Source: Coraliomargarita sp.
GTDB lineage: Bacteria > Verrucomicrobiota > Verrucomicrobiia > Opitutales > Coraliomargaritaceae
Reading direction: 5' to 3'
Assembly (NCBI GenBank): GCA_965216325.1
Contig: OZ244160.1
Location: forward strand, 2,112,001-2,176,000
DNA: 64,000 nucleotides
Part shown: positions 35,752 through 44,780 of the stretch, in pieces
Position numbering within the stretch: position 1 is the first letter of the stretch
Layout: every line of letters starts with the position of its first letter
Made by a program: the position numbers and the translations under genes
Notes under the pieces: generated by a model
Told to the model about the DNA's origin: nothing
The model's database searches: none
The model's input: the letters and a program-made list of their open reading frames with translations, nothing else

Positions 35752-37114
35752 CTCCGCTGTCGCTCATTCGTGCGATGTTGCCGATCCTTTCGAAGAAGGT
35801 GATCAGCTTAAGTTCAGATTGTTTATCAAAATAGACTCCGCGCTTTTCGAATTCGTGTAGAACTTCTTGTAGGCGTATGGATTCGCGACCTCCAATGACT
35901 AGGTTTGTTAGCAGCAAGATGTAGTCTTGGTTCATTACTAGTATCTTTCCTAGTCGCCCCCGGGATTGCGCAAAGTGCTGCGCGACTTCCTTTTCAAAAG
36001 GAGCTTTATACTTCTCCTTCATTTGATAGCGGGTGTCTTTTTCGTTTAAGCGCTGAAGGTCAAACTGGTCGATCGCATATCTGAACAGTAGCTTCAGTTT
36101 GTCCTCTAGGGACACTGATGGCATTTCGTTGCGAGGTTTCAGGTCTCGACCCGGTTTTTCAGGTGCAACGAACTTACTGGTATAGGAATCAAGTGCATTG
36201 CAGATCGATTGGATGTCTTCATCTGTTGCGCTGTTTGTAAGCTCAAAGAGTTCCCATATTGGCATTCGAGTTCCGCCGGCCTTATCTACTTCTTCATTCA
36301 GGACCTCGAGCATCGTGAGGACCGGGAATATATCACCGACGCTCCTAAGTAGGTCTTTGTAGCTCCTTGCTGCTTTTCGTTCGGTGCTACACTTCTCTGT
36401 GTCGAGAACGAAGTGTAGAGGCTTTACAGCAGGAGCACCGTGCTCCCATTCTTTGATGTTTAGAGCTAGTTGTGAACAATAGAGGAAGGTGTATAGGTTT
36501 AGGAAATTGCGTGCCTGTTCTATGAAGTAGGACGGATGCTTAAGTAAAAACGCAAAATCCTTTGCAAAGAGCTCTGCGACGAAGGGAAGGTAGGGCTCCG
36601 GCTGTCCTTCGCAGTGCTTGTCGTCTGCTTCGAGGCTAGATGTGAATTGCTCCAGTATTATCTCTTCAAAGATATTGTGATTCTGATTGTTTTTGGGAAG
36701 GTCTTTGCCGGTCTCGAGGAAGCGACCAAGTATGGACTCTAGGTGGCGTGATCCTGATGAGATATCTTTGCGACTCTTTCCAGTGCAGAGCAATTTGAAG
36801 AGCGGAGACAAGTCTTTGAGGCTACTTGCATCATTTGAGAAATATATGTCCTCGACGCATTCAGTGATTCTGTCTCCTGCTGTTTTTGTGCGAATTGTCT
36901 CTAGGCAGTCTTTCTGTAGCTCTTCTGTTGAGAATTTGGCGGGGATTTTTAAGCTGTGGTGAATGCCCACAAGCGCCCCTGTTACGTATTCTAAGTCGAA
37001 CTCCGCTCCCTTGTTTCGGTAAGGTAAATATGCACTAATGCTGTTTTTCTCGTGTGGGATTTTTTCAGCTAAACCGCAAAGCCCTTTGATCGCTGCTGTC
37101 TGTTTAGAATCCAT
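35723..37114 (-). CDS. dptG: PT-dependent restriction protein DptG (DndG)
   Basis: YLPF, LYCSQLAL, QSRGRLG, RGVYFD, MSDSGDAVYV; lies between dptF and dptH. Confidence 0.9.
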   Translation of the reverse strand: MDSKQTAAIKGLCGLAEKIPHEKNSISAYLPYRNKGAEFDLEYVTGALVGIHHSLKIPAKFSTEELQKDCLETIRTKTAGDRITECVEDIYFSNDASSLKDLSPLFKLLCTGKSRKDISSGSRHLESILGRFLETGKDLPKNNQNHNIFEEIILEQFTSSLEADDKHCEGQPEPYLPFVAELFAKDFAFLLKHPSYFIEQARNFLNLYTFLYCSQLALNIKEWEHGAPAVKPLHFVLDTEKCSTERKAARSYKDLLRSVGDIFPVLTMLEVLNEEVDKAGGTRMPIWELFELTNSATDEDIQSICNALDSYTSKFVAPEKPGRDLKPRNEMPSVSLEDKLKLLFRYAIDQFDLQRLNEKDTRYQMKEKYKAPFEKEVAQHFAQSRGRLGKILVMNQDYILLLTNLVIGGRESIRLQEVLHEFEKRGVYFDKQSELKLITFFERIGNIARMSDSGDAVYVRPTV

Positions 37115-37116
37115 GT

Positions 37117-39024
37117 TTAGCTGACCTCAATTTCGTCGTATTCTTCGTTATAGTTCACTGTGAATTCATTGCGCTGATCACGGATGATAATCTCGCTATG
37201 TTTGTTTGCGGCTTGTCGAATCAACTCAACGAACTCCTCCAGTATGACCGTGGAGTCTCGGTCGTGCTTGCTTGGCTTGTAGCCATGATTAATTCGCTTA
37301 ATTAGACCGAACAAGTTGGCGTCGACCTCTAGGCTCTGTAGTGCATCTGCGTTGACCAACAGGTGGGCTCGGAACTTGCCGAAGGGTTTTATTGAATCCA
37401 GGTTCTTCGCATCCTTTTCGATCTTCTTAAGGTCTACACGTATATCCGCCTTTGATGAGAACACGTATCCGGAGATCGTCTTCAGGATGAATTCGTTCTG
37501 TCCCACTTTGTTGGGATTTAGGCGGTTTCCGTAAATCTGAAGGGCTTTGATTAAGTAGTCCTTGTAAAATTCTCTAAGGTTTCTCCGCTGATTAATGTCG
37601 CCGTCATAGTTCGTGTGTAGTCGCCAGATTTCGACGAAGTGTTCGATGTTGTCGTGTCGGAAATTACTTTGGAATTTCTGGTGGTAGTTGTTCCCGATTG
37701 GCAGATCTTGAGCGATGTAAAAGAGCCGAATCCATGAGTCTGGCGAGGTCGGGGATACTTCTAGAGTCGTCTCCAGCTCTTTGCGGAAAGTTTCGAATTC
37801 GGGTTCATCTAGTGAGAGTGTTTTATTGATGATGAACATATCGATTTCCTTCTCCCTGATTTGATGCGGGGAGAATAGGGATAGGGATTTCATCAACTCA
37901 CTGCTTCCACCGGCGAAGATGTTGTCGAATAGATAGCTTTCTCCTGCTAGAATCGAGTGAACGAAGTCCAAGAGCGTTCTGGCTGTGAGGAAAAGGTCCG
38001 ACTTTAGGCGTGCAACGAGAAGGGTGTGAATTAGTCGTTCACGTATCTCGGGTTTCTGGAGCAATTCATAATTGATCTCCAACTTACTTTTGTCGGTTGG
38101 GTTGTGTTTGCGGCTCTCTAGATATGTTCGATGGAATGGGTTCGCGTCATCTTCGTTTGCAATTCTTTCAAGCAGGGCGTCAATGAAGGGAGCTGTGATT
38201 TCGCCATCTTCCTCTTTGAATTTGGAATACAGCTCAAAGTTTACGAACTCGATATTGTCGTCGTCTTCGTCGATACGTTTTTCGAGATAGCGACAGATCG
38301 CAGTTCGAATGGCACTGTGGTCATCGGATCCTTGGTCGCAGTAGTTTGCTAGCATGCCGATATTGATGCCCACGACTAGCGGCTTTTGTTTTTCTTTGTG
38401 CTCCTGAAAGCGATCGTCGAGCGCCTGAATGGCGGTTTGATCGGGGTGGTAGCTGTGTGTGCCGTCTAAATGAAATAAGAATTGGCCTTGGTGTGTCTTC
38501 TGGAACTTCGATAATAGCTCAGACTTTCCGTCACCACTGCTGCCGCAGAGGAAGATAATCGTCTGGTCATTTGCTTCTCCTAGCTTCTCTTTGAAACTTT
38601 TTTCGATGTCGGTTTCGACGTAGAGGTATTTTTTTACTTCTTTTAGTTCTTCGGGCATCTCTGCAGCCCTGACTGCTGCTGCTGAAGACTTTGACAGTGT
38701 GTTGATTAGGTCCCGGAAGGAGAGGCGTGCGTCATTGACCGGGCGAGCTAGCTTGCTACTTTGCGCGCCGTTTTCTTGGACTTCTTTTTCTGGTAACAGG
38801 CTATATTTTCCTTCGGGACCTTCTTTGAAGTATTTGTCTTTAAACGAGTCGTCTGTGCGGACGTCTAGGCAGTGCCGGCGAGTTGCTTTGTTGACGATTG
38901 TCTCGGGGTGAGGGGTATTAAAGTCGTAGAGCTGTTTCTCTTGTATCTTTTGGGCGATTTCTCCTGTTCCCAACGGAGTTGAAGATTGTTTCAATATTGA
39001 GACGATGGCTTCTCGGACGGTCAT
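37117..39024 (-). CDS. dptF: PT-dependent restriction protein DptF (DndF) with an additional N-terminal HTH
   Basis: LSKSS..AV, FLCGSSGDGKSEL, HLDGTHS, VVGINIGML, TARTLLDF, GYKPSKHD. Confidence 0.9.
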   Translation of the reverse strand: MTVREAIVSILKQSSTPLGTGEIAQKIQEKQLYDFNTPHPETIVNKATRRHCLDVRTDDSFKDKYFKEGPEGKYSLLPEKEVQENGAQSSKLARPVNDARLSFRDLINTLSKSSAAAVRAAEMPEELKEVKKYLYVETDIEKSFKEKLGEANDQTIIFLCGSSGDGKSELLSKFQKTHQGQFLFHLDGTHSYHPDQTAIQALDDRFQEHKEKQKPLVVGINIGMLANYCDQGSDDHSAIRTAICRYLEKRIDEDDDNIEFVNFELYSKFKEEDGEITAPFIDALLERIANEDDANPFHRTYLESRKHNPTDKSKLEINYELLQKPEIRERLIHTLLVARLKSDLFLTARTLLDFVHSILAGESYLFDNIFAGGSSELMKSLSLFSPHQIREKEIDMFIINKTLSLDEPEFETFRKELETTLEVSPTSPDSWIRLFYIAQDLPIGNNYHQKFQSNFRHDNIEHFVEIWRLHTNYDGDINQRRNLREFYKDYLIKALQIYGNRLNPNKVGQNEFILKTISGYVFSSKADIRVDLKKIEKDAKNLDSIKPFGKFRAHLLVNADALQSLEVDANLFGLIKRINHGYKPSKHDRDSTVILEEFVELIRQAANKHSEIIIRDQRNEFTVNYNEEYDEIEVS

Positions 39025-39040
39025 TTTATTCGAATTGTTC

Positions 39041-39178
39041 TTATATTCGTTCCGGTGGGAGTGAAATTGGGGCGCGTGGGATCATCTGTGTCTTCAGGCA
39101 AGGAGTCAAAAAGTCCTCCACCAGATCATCCGATCCGCTTCGGTAGGAGAGCTTGAGGCTTAATTGACTGAGAGACAT
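39041..39178 (-). pseudogene. N-terminal remnant of a PLD/SF2-helicase restriction-type gene
   Basis: MSLSQLSLKLSYRSGSDDLVEDFLTPCL resembles the usual start of such proteins; stops after 45 aa. Confidence 0.55.
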
Positions 39179-39356
39179 TACGATAGCTTCGCTAGGGCCG
39201 ATAAAGTAAAACCCTGAGTTAGATGACAATAGTTTAGTGAGTAGTTCTCGGATACTGGCGAATAGGGTGAATCATTCATCCGTAAGCTTTAGTCGTAAAG
39301 CGAAACGATTAGTCTTTTTGGACTAGTGGTGGCGCTAATGCCCGGTAGTAGGTAAG

Positions 39357-39387
39357 AGTGGTTAGTGGTTAGTGGTTAGTGGTTAGT
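39357..39387. repeat. Heptamer tandem repeat (AGTGGTT)x4
   Basis: Directly visible; lies at the right edge of the island. Confidence 0.9.
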
Positions 39388-39472
39388 TTTTAGGGATTAG
39401 GGGGAGTGGAATGATGAAACCTGAAACTTGAGAGCTGAATCGTTGCGAGATCGCCGAGGTGCGTCGTATCGC

Positions 39473-39531
39473 GTATCGCGTAAAACGCTGCGCGCACGCG
39501 ATTTGAATTGCTGGCGCACGATTGGGTTGCG
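39473..39531 (+). repeat. Direct repeat left of fic (31-bp and 27-bp blocks)
   Basis: Blocks are identical to 40982-41012 and 41037-41063. Confidence 0.85.
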
Positions 39532-39694
39532 GTGCGCCACGCGATCTGGGATTAGGATTACGAGTAGGATTAAGAATAAGAGTTTTGGAGGGGCGCCACC
39601 CCGTCTCACAAGCGATCCCCCTGTTTCGCCTAGCTACGCAGGGCAGGCTGCCTCCATGGCAACTTCGACAGGCTCATTTCAGAAAGGATGTGAG

Positions 39695-40819
39695 TTAGGG
39701 GAGCGTGGTGGGTTTTGTCGTGTAGTGGCTGAACTCGTTGGGGGACTCGGTGAGGAGTGTCATGAGTTTGGGGTGCACGAAGAGTTTTTCCTTTCCGGAC
39801 TGTTGTTCTCGTAGGACGCCAATGTCGCAAAGTTGCTTGAGATAGACAGAGGCGGTTTGGCGCTTGGCGATGTCGCGCTCGACGAGGTTGTGTATCCGGC
39901 AATAGGGTTGCTCGAAGATACACTCGACGAGTTCGTGGCTGTAGATCTTGGGCAGCTGCTGGCGCACGTAGTCGCGTGTGTGGCGCACCAGTGCGCGCAT
40001 GGCGGTTATTTTGCCCAAGGTCCAACTGGCGGTGTCGGCGACGGCGTGCAGGATATAGAGGATCCAGTTTTGCCAGTCTTGCTGGCTGGTTACGGCAAGC
40101 AGCGTGCGATAATAGGCGCGCTTGTTTTCGAGAATGTAGCGACTGAGGTAAAGGATGGGTAGTGTGAGTAGTTGTTGGTCGATTAGGTAGAGCAGATTCA
40201 GAATGCGGCCCGTGCGGCCGTTTCCATCTTCGAAGGGGTGAATGGCTTCGAATTGATAGTGGCTAACCGCCATTTTGATGAGCGGATCGAGGGCATCATC
40301 GGCATTGAGGAACTGCTCCCAGTTGGCGAGTTGATCGCGGAGCAGTTCTTCGCCGATTGGGGGCGTGTAGGTCACCTGCCCACTGGCTTGATTCATGAGC
40401 GCGACGCCGGAACTCTTCCGAATGTCCATGGGGCGGCCCTTGATTGTGCTGCAGACCTCGACGGCGGTGTTGGTCGTGAGCGGTCGCTTGGCGAGAGCGA
40501 GATAGCCCTTATGCAGCGCGGTGCGATAGCGCAGAGCCTCTTTGGTGGCGGCATCGGCCTGGTTATCTTGTTCCGAATGGCGAAACAGGGCATCACTGGT
40601 GGTGACGATGTTTTCGATTTCGGAACTATCCTTCGCTTCGAGTAGTGGTAGCAGGTTGATCAGTAGGGCTTGATTCGGAATGAGTTCGCCAGCTTGTTTG
40701 AGCTCGGCCAGTGCACTGCGGGCAGTAATGCAGGCTTTTAGAATCGATACGGTCTCTAGATCCGCCTTCGGGGGGAGGGGCGGCAATTCATTGAAGGGTG
40801 CTTCGGGCGACCAAGTCAT
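39695..40819 (-). CDS. fic: Fic family adenylyltransferase (Fic_N, Fic, C-terminal winged helix)
   Basis: SSEIENI inhibitory motif, [12 protein letters not shown]. Confidence 0.93.
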   Translation of the reverse strand: MTWSPEAPFNELPPLPPKADLETVSILKACITARSALAELKQAGELIPNQALLINLLPLLEAKDSSEIENIVTTSDALFRHSEQDNQADAATKEALRYRTALHKGYLALAKRPLTTNTAVEVCSTIKGRPMDIRKSSGVALMNQASGQVTYTPPIGEELLRDQLANWEQFLNADDALDPLIKMAVSHYQFEAIHPFEDGNGRTGRILNLLYLIDQQLLTLPILYLSRYILENKRAYYRTLLAVTSQQDWQNWILYILHAVADTASWTLGKITAMRALVRHTRDYVRQQLPKIYSHELVECIFEQPYCRIHNLVERDIAKRQTASVYLKQLCDIGVLREQQSGKEKLFVHPKLMTLLTESPNEFSHYTTKPTTLP

Positions 40820-40838
40820 GTTTATATTCTATTGAAAA

Positions 40839-40918
40839 ATCGACACGTTTCAGTTTGGTGTCGATGCCGTCGACATGGCAAGTCTTATATGTTTAAAATG
40901 TTGCCCTAAATCGACATG
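40839..40918. promoter_or_regulatory. Repeated TCGACA(C/T)G boxes upstream of fic; putative operator
   Basis: ATCGACAC-N11-GTGTCGAT inverted repeat, plus TCGACATG at 40870 and 40911. Confidence 0.5.
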
Positions 40919-40981
40919 ACTTGGGTGGGGTTGCACTGTTTGGTGCAATGCTAAATGGTGTACTCGGGTGCGTTGCGTCGG

Positions 40982-41063
40982 GTATCGCGTAAAACGCTGC
41001 GCGCACGCGATTGGGGGCTACTCTGGCGTGGGTTTAGAATTGCTGGCGCACGATTGGGTTGCG
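40982..41063 (+). repeat. Direct repeat right of fic
   Basis: Same blocks as 39473-39531 with a longer spacer. Confidence 0.85.
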
Positions 41064-41126
41064 ATCGGCCATGTGATTGAGCCGAAGTTGACAGGGGCTG
41101 CCTTGGTTCTAGGGTGTGCGTTTCCT

Positions 41127-42554
41127 ATGACGCTTCATTTACGCCTATTCGCTTGTTGTTTGTTGTTGGGTCTCGCGTGTGTGCTGGAGGCGCAGACGGA
41201 TGCGGACTTGAAGCGGGGGCGCACGCAATACCTGAAATGGTGTGCGAACTGTCATGGCGAGCAACATGAGGGCGGGCTCGGGCGTTCGCTTAAAACGGAT
41301 CCATTCAAGCAGGTGGGCACGAGCATCAGTTTCCTGGAGTATGTGAAAAAGGGGAACACGAAGGTGGGGATGCCGAGCTTTGGCGGGGCGCTTTCGGATA
41401 AGCAGATCGGTTCTGTGGAGCAGTATATCATTGCGGTGCGCAAGGAGGCTGCTGCTGGAGCTGGGGATGGAGCGAGGTCTGAGGCGGGCGCGTCAAGTCG
41501 CGCCCCTACGGGGGACACGCATGCCTTTGAGGTGGAGGATTTTTTTGAATTGGAGGGCACGCCCTGGGCGATTCGGTTTTTTGCGGATGGCAGCGGTGGA
41601 TTCGTTACACGGCGCGAGGGCACGCTGCATCGTTTTAACCAAGAGGGGGAGCTGTTTGAGATTTGTGGCACGCCGGAGGTGCAGGTCGGTGGTCAGGGTG
41701 GTCTGATGGAAGTGGCGCTACACCCGGATTATGCCGACAACGGTTGGGTGTATTTGGCGTATTCCCACAAGCTGGCGGATGCGAAGCGTGCGATGACGCG
41801 GATTGTGCGCGGACGGGTTCAGTCGGATCGCTGGTTGCGCGAGGAGCTGATTTATGAAGCGCCGGAGGAGACCTATGTAGGTTCGAAGAACCACTGGGGC
41901 GTGCGCATTGTGTTTCAGGACGGCTATCTGTTTTTCCCGATCGGGGATCGTGGCAAGATGCAGGATGCGCAGGATCTGACGAAGCCGAATGGTAAGATCC
42001 ACCGCATCTATGACGATGGCCGGGTGCCGGCGGACAATCCCTTTGTGAAGGAGCCGGATGCGCTGCCGAGTATTTGGGCCTACGGGGTGCGCAATCCGCA
42101 GGGGCTGGATCTGCATCCTTCGACGGGCGCGCTTTGGGAGGCGGAGCATGGTCCGAAGGGGGGCGATGAGATTAATTTGATCGAGCCGGGCAAGAACTAT
42201 GGTTGGCCTGAGATTACGTACGGCATCAATTATAACGGTAAGCCGATCACGGATCGCACGGAAGCGCCGGGGATGGAGCAGCCGAAGCATTATTGGGTGC
42301 CGTCGATTGCGGTGTGCGGGATCGATTTCTACGAGGGCACGGTGTTTCCGAACTGGAATGCGAATTTGTTTGCCGGTGGCTTGGCGGCGCAGGAGCTGCA
42401 TCGCTTGATCATTCAGGACGGCGAGGTGGTCGACTCGGAGATTGTGCTGAAGGGCGAGGGGCGTATCCGGGATGTGGAGACAGGCCCGGATGGGTATTTG
42501 TATCTGGTGCTGAATAGCCCGGATAAAGTCGTGCGGCTGGTGCCGGGGGACTGA
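41127..42554 (+). CDS. PQQ-dependent sugar dehydrogenase (GSDH family) with N-terminal cytochrome c
   Basis: Signal peptide, CANCH heme motif, GQGGLMEVALHP, YGVRNPQG, EHGPKGGDEIN, NYGWP, GRIRDVETGPDG. Confidence 0.9.
   Translation: MTLHLRLFACCLLLGLACVLEAQTDADLKRGRTQYLKWCANCHGEQHEGGLGRSLKTDPFKQVGTSISFLEYVKKGNTKVGMPSFGGALSDKQIGSVEQYIIAVRKEAAAGAGDGARSEAGASSRAPTGDTHAFEVEDFFELEGTPWAIRFFADGSGGFVTRREGTLHRFNQEGELFEICGTPEVQVGGQGGLMEVALHPDYADNGWVYLAYSHKLADAKRAMTRIVRGRVQSDRWLREELIYEAPEETYVGSKNHWGVRIVFQDGYLFFPIGDRGKMQDAQDLTKPNGKIHRIYDDGRVPADNPFVKEPDALPSIWAYGVRNPQGLDLHPSTGALWEAEHGPKGGDEINLIEPGKNYGWPEITYGINYNGKPITDRTEAPGMEQPKHYWVPSIAVCGIDFYEGTVFPNWNANLFAGGLAAQELHRLIIQDGEVVDSEIVLKGEGRIRDVETGPDGYLYLVLNSPDKVVRLVPGD
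41483..41508. repeat. REP unit inside the coding linker
   Basis: GGCGGGCGCGTCAAGTCGCGCCCCTAC also occurs at 42769-42795 and 43622-43648. Confidence 0.8.
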
Positions 42555-42668
42555 GTCGTATGACTCTTAATCTTAATCCTACTCGTAATCCTAATCTTGA
42601 GGCTGCTCAGGCGTAGTTGGATCGCGCGAAGGACGCGAAGACGCGCAAAGGGCTGCTTAGGTGTGGGG

Positions 42669-42795
42669 TTTAACCGCTTAAGGGAGCTGAATGAACGCTT
42701 AAGTTACAATGCTGGTGATTTGAGTGTATTTAAGCGTGATTAAGCGGTGTGTTTCCTTGTCTGCTGGGGGCGGGCGCGTCAAGTCGCGCCCCTAC
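42669..42795 (+). repeat. 127-bp direct repeat, copy 1
   Basis: 121/127 identical to 43522-43648 (counted by eye). Confidence 0.9.
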
Positions 42796-42824
42796 GCTTT
42801 GATGGGGGCCTGACGGGCTGAGGG

Positions 42825-43070
42825 CTAGGCTTTGGAGAATTGTCCGAAGTCGCCTTTGGCTAGGCCTTCGAAGGATAAGTCCTCATCGAGATCGGGCCAG
42901 TGGAGGCCAAGCGGTGAAATCTCAATGTGGTTTAACTGCTCTGGGCTGCCTTTGCTCAGCCTTGGATTCTTGTCCACCGGAAACTTGATCTCAACGCCAG
43001 TCTCCATGGATACGTAGATGTAGCCATTGAGGAAAGATGCTTGGATTTGGTTATTGGTTAAGGTGTTCAT
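42825..43070 (-). CDS. DUF2442 family protein
   Basis: PRL..GSPEQL...ISPLGLHWPDLDEDLSFEGL. Confidence 0.85.
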   Translation of the reverse strand: MNTLTNNQIQASFLNGYIYVSMETGVEIKFPVDKNPRLSKGSPEQLNHIEISPLGLHWPDLDEDLSFEGLAKGDFGQFSKA

Positions 43071-43286
43071 TCCACTTCTCCACGATAAGTTGTTGGTTCG
43101 CTTCTGCGAGTGATTGGGCCTTGGTTAACTCCTTTACCTTGAGGCCATGCGATTCACGTAGTTCGATGCTTCCGTTGACATTGAAAACGGCCTCCCTCCT
43201 GAGTAACGAACATGCACGTGTATCGGTTCGTGGTCATTACTGTAAAAGAAGAATTTGAAGCCATCTTGTTCAAATATGATCGGCAT
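43051..43286 (-). pseudogene. DUF4160 family protein, frameshifted near 43195
   Basis: MPIIFEQDGFKFFFYSNDHEPIHVHVRYSGG, then in the shifted frame EAVFNV...LIVEKWNEHLNQ*; adding one G restores a full ORF. Confidence 0.8.
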
Positions 43287-43428
43287 GTTATGAGAATGTT
43301 CAAAAGCAGTAGCTTTTCAATTTCTATTTCCTTAGGCCAAATGGCTGCTCAGCTTTTGGTTTGGGACCGTTAATGGACGTTAATGAACGTGAATGCTTCC
43401 GAGGTGTGTGTTGGGGCTTGGATTGGTA

Positions 43429-43480
43429 GCACCACTCCGTCTCGCTGCGCGATCCACCCCTCCTCGTCAAGGAGGGGAGT
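43429..43480. repeat. Uninterrupted DUF559-type hairpin repeat
   Basis: GCACCACTCCGTCTCGCTGCGCGATCCACCCCTCCTCGTCAAGGAGGGGAGT. Confidence 0.75.
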
Positions 43481-43521
43481 TAGGGAAGGCCTTGACTGGT
43501 TGGAGTTGCTCAGGAGTAGGC

Positions 43522-43648
43522 TTTAACCGCTTAAGGGCGCTGAATGAACGCTTAAGTTACAATGCTGGTGATTTGAGCGTATTTTAGGGTAATTTAGCGG
43601 TGTGTTTCCTTGTCTGCTGGGGGCGGGCGCGTCAAGTCGCGCCCCTAC
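43522..43648 (+). repeat. 127-bp direct repeat, copy 2
   Basis: See 42669-42795; its CTAC end supplies the cobB stop codon. Confidence 0.9.
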
Positions 43649-44334
43649 CGTTGGGTGAGTTGCTCGACTAGGTCGGGGAGGGCGGTGGCGGCGGTTTGTT
43701 CGATGAAGTTGAAGTCGTAGCGGCGGGCCTCGTCGGGGATTTCGGGGTTGATGAGGTATTTGTCGGCTGTCTTGGGTGCGAGGAAGGCGAGGCTGGCGGC
43801 GGGATAGACTACCAGTGAGGTGCCGACCACGAGGAGGACGTCGGCTTGGCGGACGATGCGCTCGGCTTCGGTCATCATCGGGACGGACTCGCCGAACCAC
43901 ACGATGTGTGGGCGCAGCTGGCTGCCTTTGGGGCATGTGTCGCCGAGCTCGATGTCTTTGCCGTGAAGTTCGATTCGGATGGATTCGTCTTCGGTGCTGC
44001 GGGCGTAGTCGAGCTCGCCGTGCAGGTGCAGCACTTGGCTGGAGCCGGCGCGCTCGTGGAGGTTGTCGACGTTTTGGGTGATGATGTGGACGTCGTGGTG
44101 CTGTTCGAGTTCAGCGAGGGCACGGTGCGCGGCGTTGGGCTCGACTTCGTAGAGCTGGCGCCGGCGCATGTTGTAGAACTCCAGCACGAGGTCGGGTGCG
44201 TCGAACCAGGCCTCGGGGGTGGCCACGTCTTCGATGCGGTAGCCCTCCCAGAGGCCGCCGGCGTCGCGGAAGGTTTTGAGTCCACTTTCGGCACTGATGC
44301 CGGCTCCGGTGAGAACGACGATCTGTTTTCGCAT
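43645..44334 (-). CDS. cobB: NAD-dependent deacylase (sirtuin)
   Basis: GAGISAESG, TQNVDNLHERAG, HG, RPHIVWFGE, GTSLVVYPAA. Confidence 0.93.
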   Translation of the reverse strand: MRKQIVVLTGAGISAESGLKTFRDAGGLWEGYRIEDVATPEAWFDAPDLVLEFYNMRRRQLYEVEPNAAHRALAELEQHHDVHIITQNVDNLHERAGSSQVLHLHGELDYARSTEDESIRIELHGKDIELGDTCPKGSQLRPHIVWFGESVPMMTEAERIVRQADVLLVVGTSLVVYPAASLAFLAPKTADKYLINPEIPDEARRYDFNFIEQTAATALPDLVEQLTQR

Positions 44335-44780
44335 GAGAGCTAAGTAATAGTGTTCCGAGTGAAGCGACAAGACTGACCGCAGTGCGGATCGGACCAGAGT
44401 TAGGGGGGGGGAGTTGTTAGTTGTTCGGGCTTAGTTGTTCGGGAGGCTGCTGGGACTGTTCTTAACTGACTCCTAATCCTAATCTTGGGGCTGCTCATGC
44501 GTGTTTTTAACCGCGGTCGGGTATCGGTTTGGGTGCATGCCTAGGCTCACTGGTGACGCGCAAGCGCGCACGCTACGGAGTGTGGTTCTGCTGATGCGGT
44601 GTGTTTCCTTGTCTGTTGGGGGCGGAGGCATGCGGTGGTGCTACCTTTGATTCGAGGATTTCTCATCGTTTGACCGCTCTCATCAAAGTTGCTCATGCTT
44701 GGATCAAATAGTTTTTCTGGCGCGTGGGCGTTGTCGGCTTGCATCCGTGGGGCAATGCGGCAGTTTCTTGCGTTTCATTT

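Noticed and set aside
39397..40025. ORFs 39397..39609, 39428..39814 and 39630..40025
   Set aside because: They span repeat DNA or overlap fic; low-complexity translations
40968..41126. Extended N-termini given in the ORF track (e.g. 40968, 7942, 20481, 25043, 44724, 45341, 48630, 53662)
   Set aside because: The extensions run through repeats, promoters or neighbouring genes; downstream starts fit family lengths and signal peptides
42669..43648. 127-bp repeats as CRISPR repeats or canonical attC sites
   Set aside because: Too long and too few for CRISPR; no cas or intI gene; no clear RYYYAAC...GTTRRRY bounded palindrome recognised
43645..44334. Sirtuin as a Thoeris/DSR-type defence NADase
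   Set aside because: The sequence is a canonical short CobB deacylase with no partner genes
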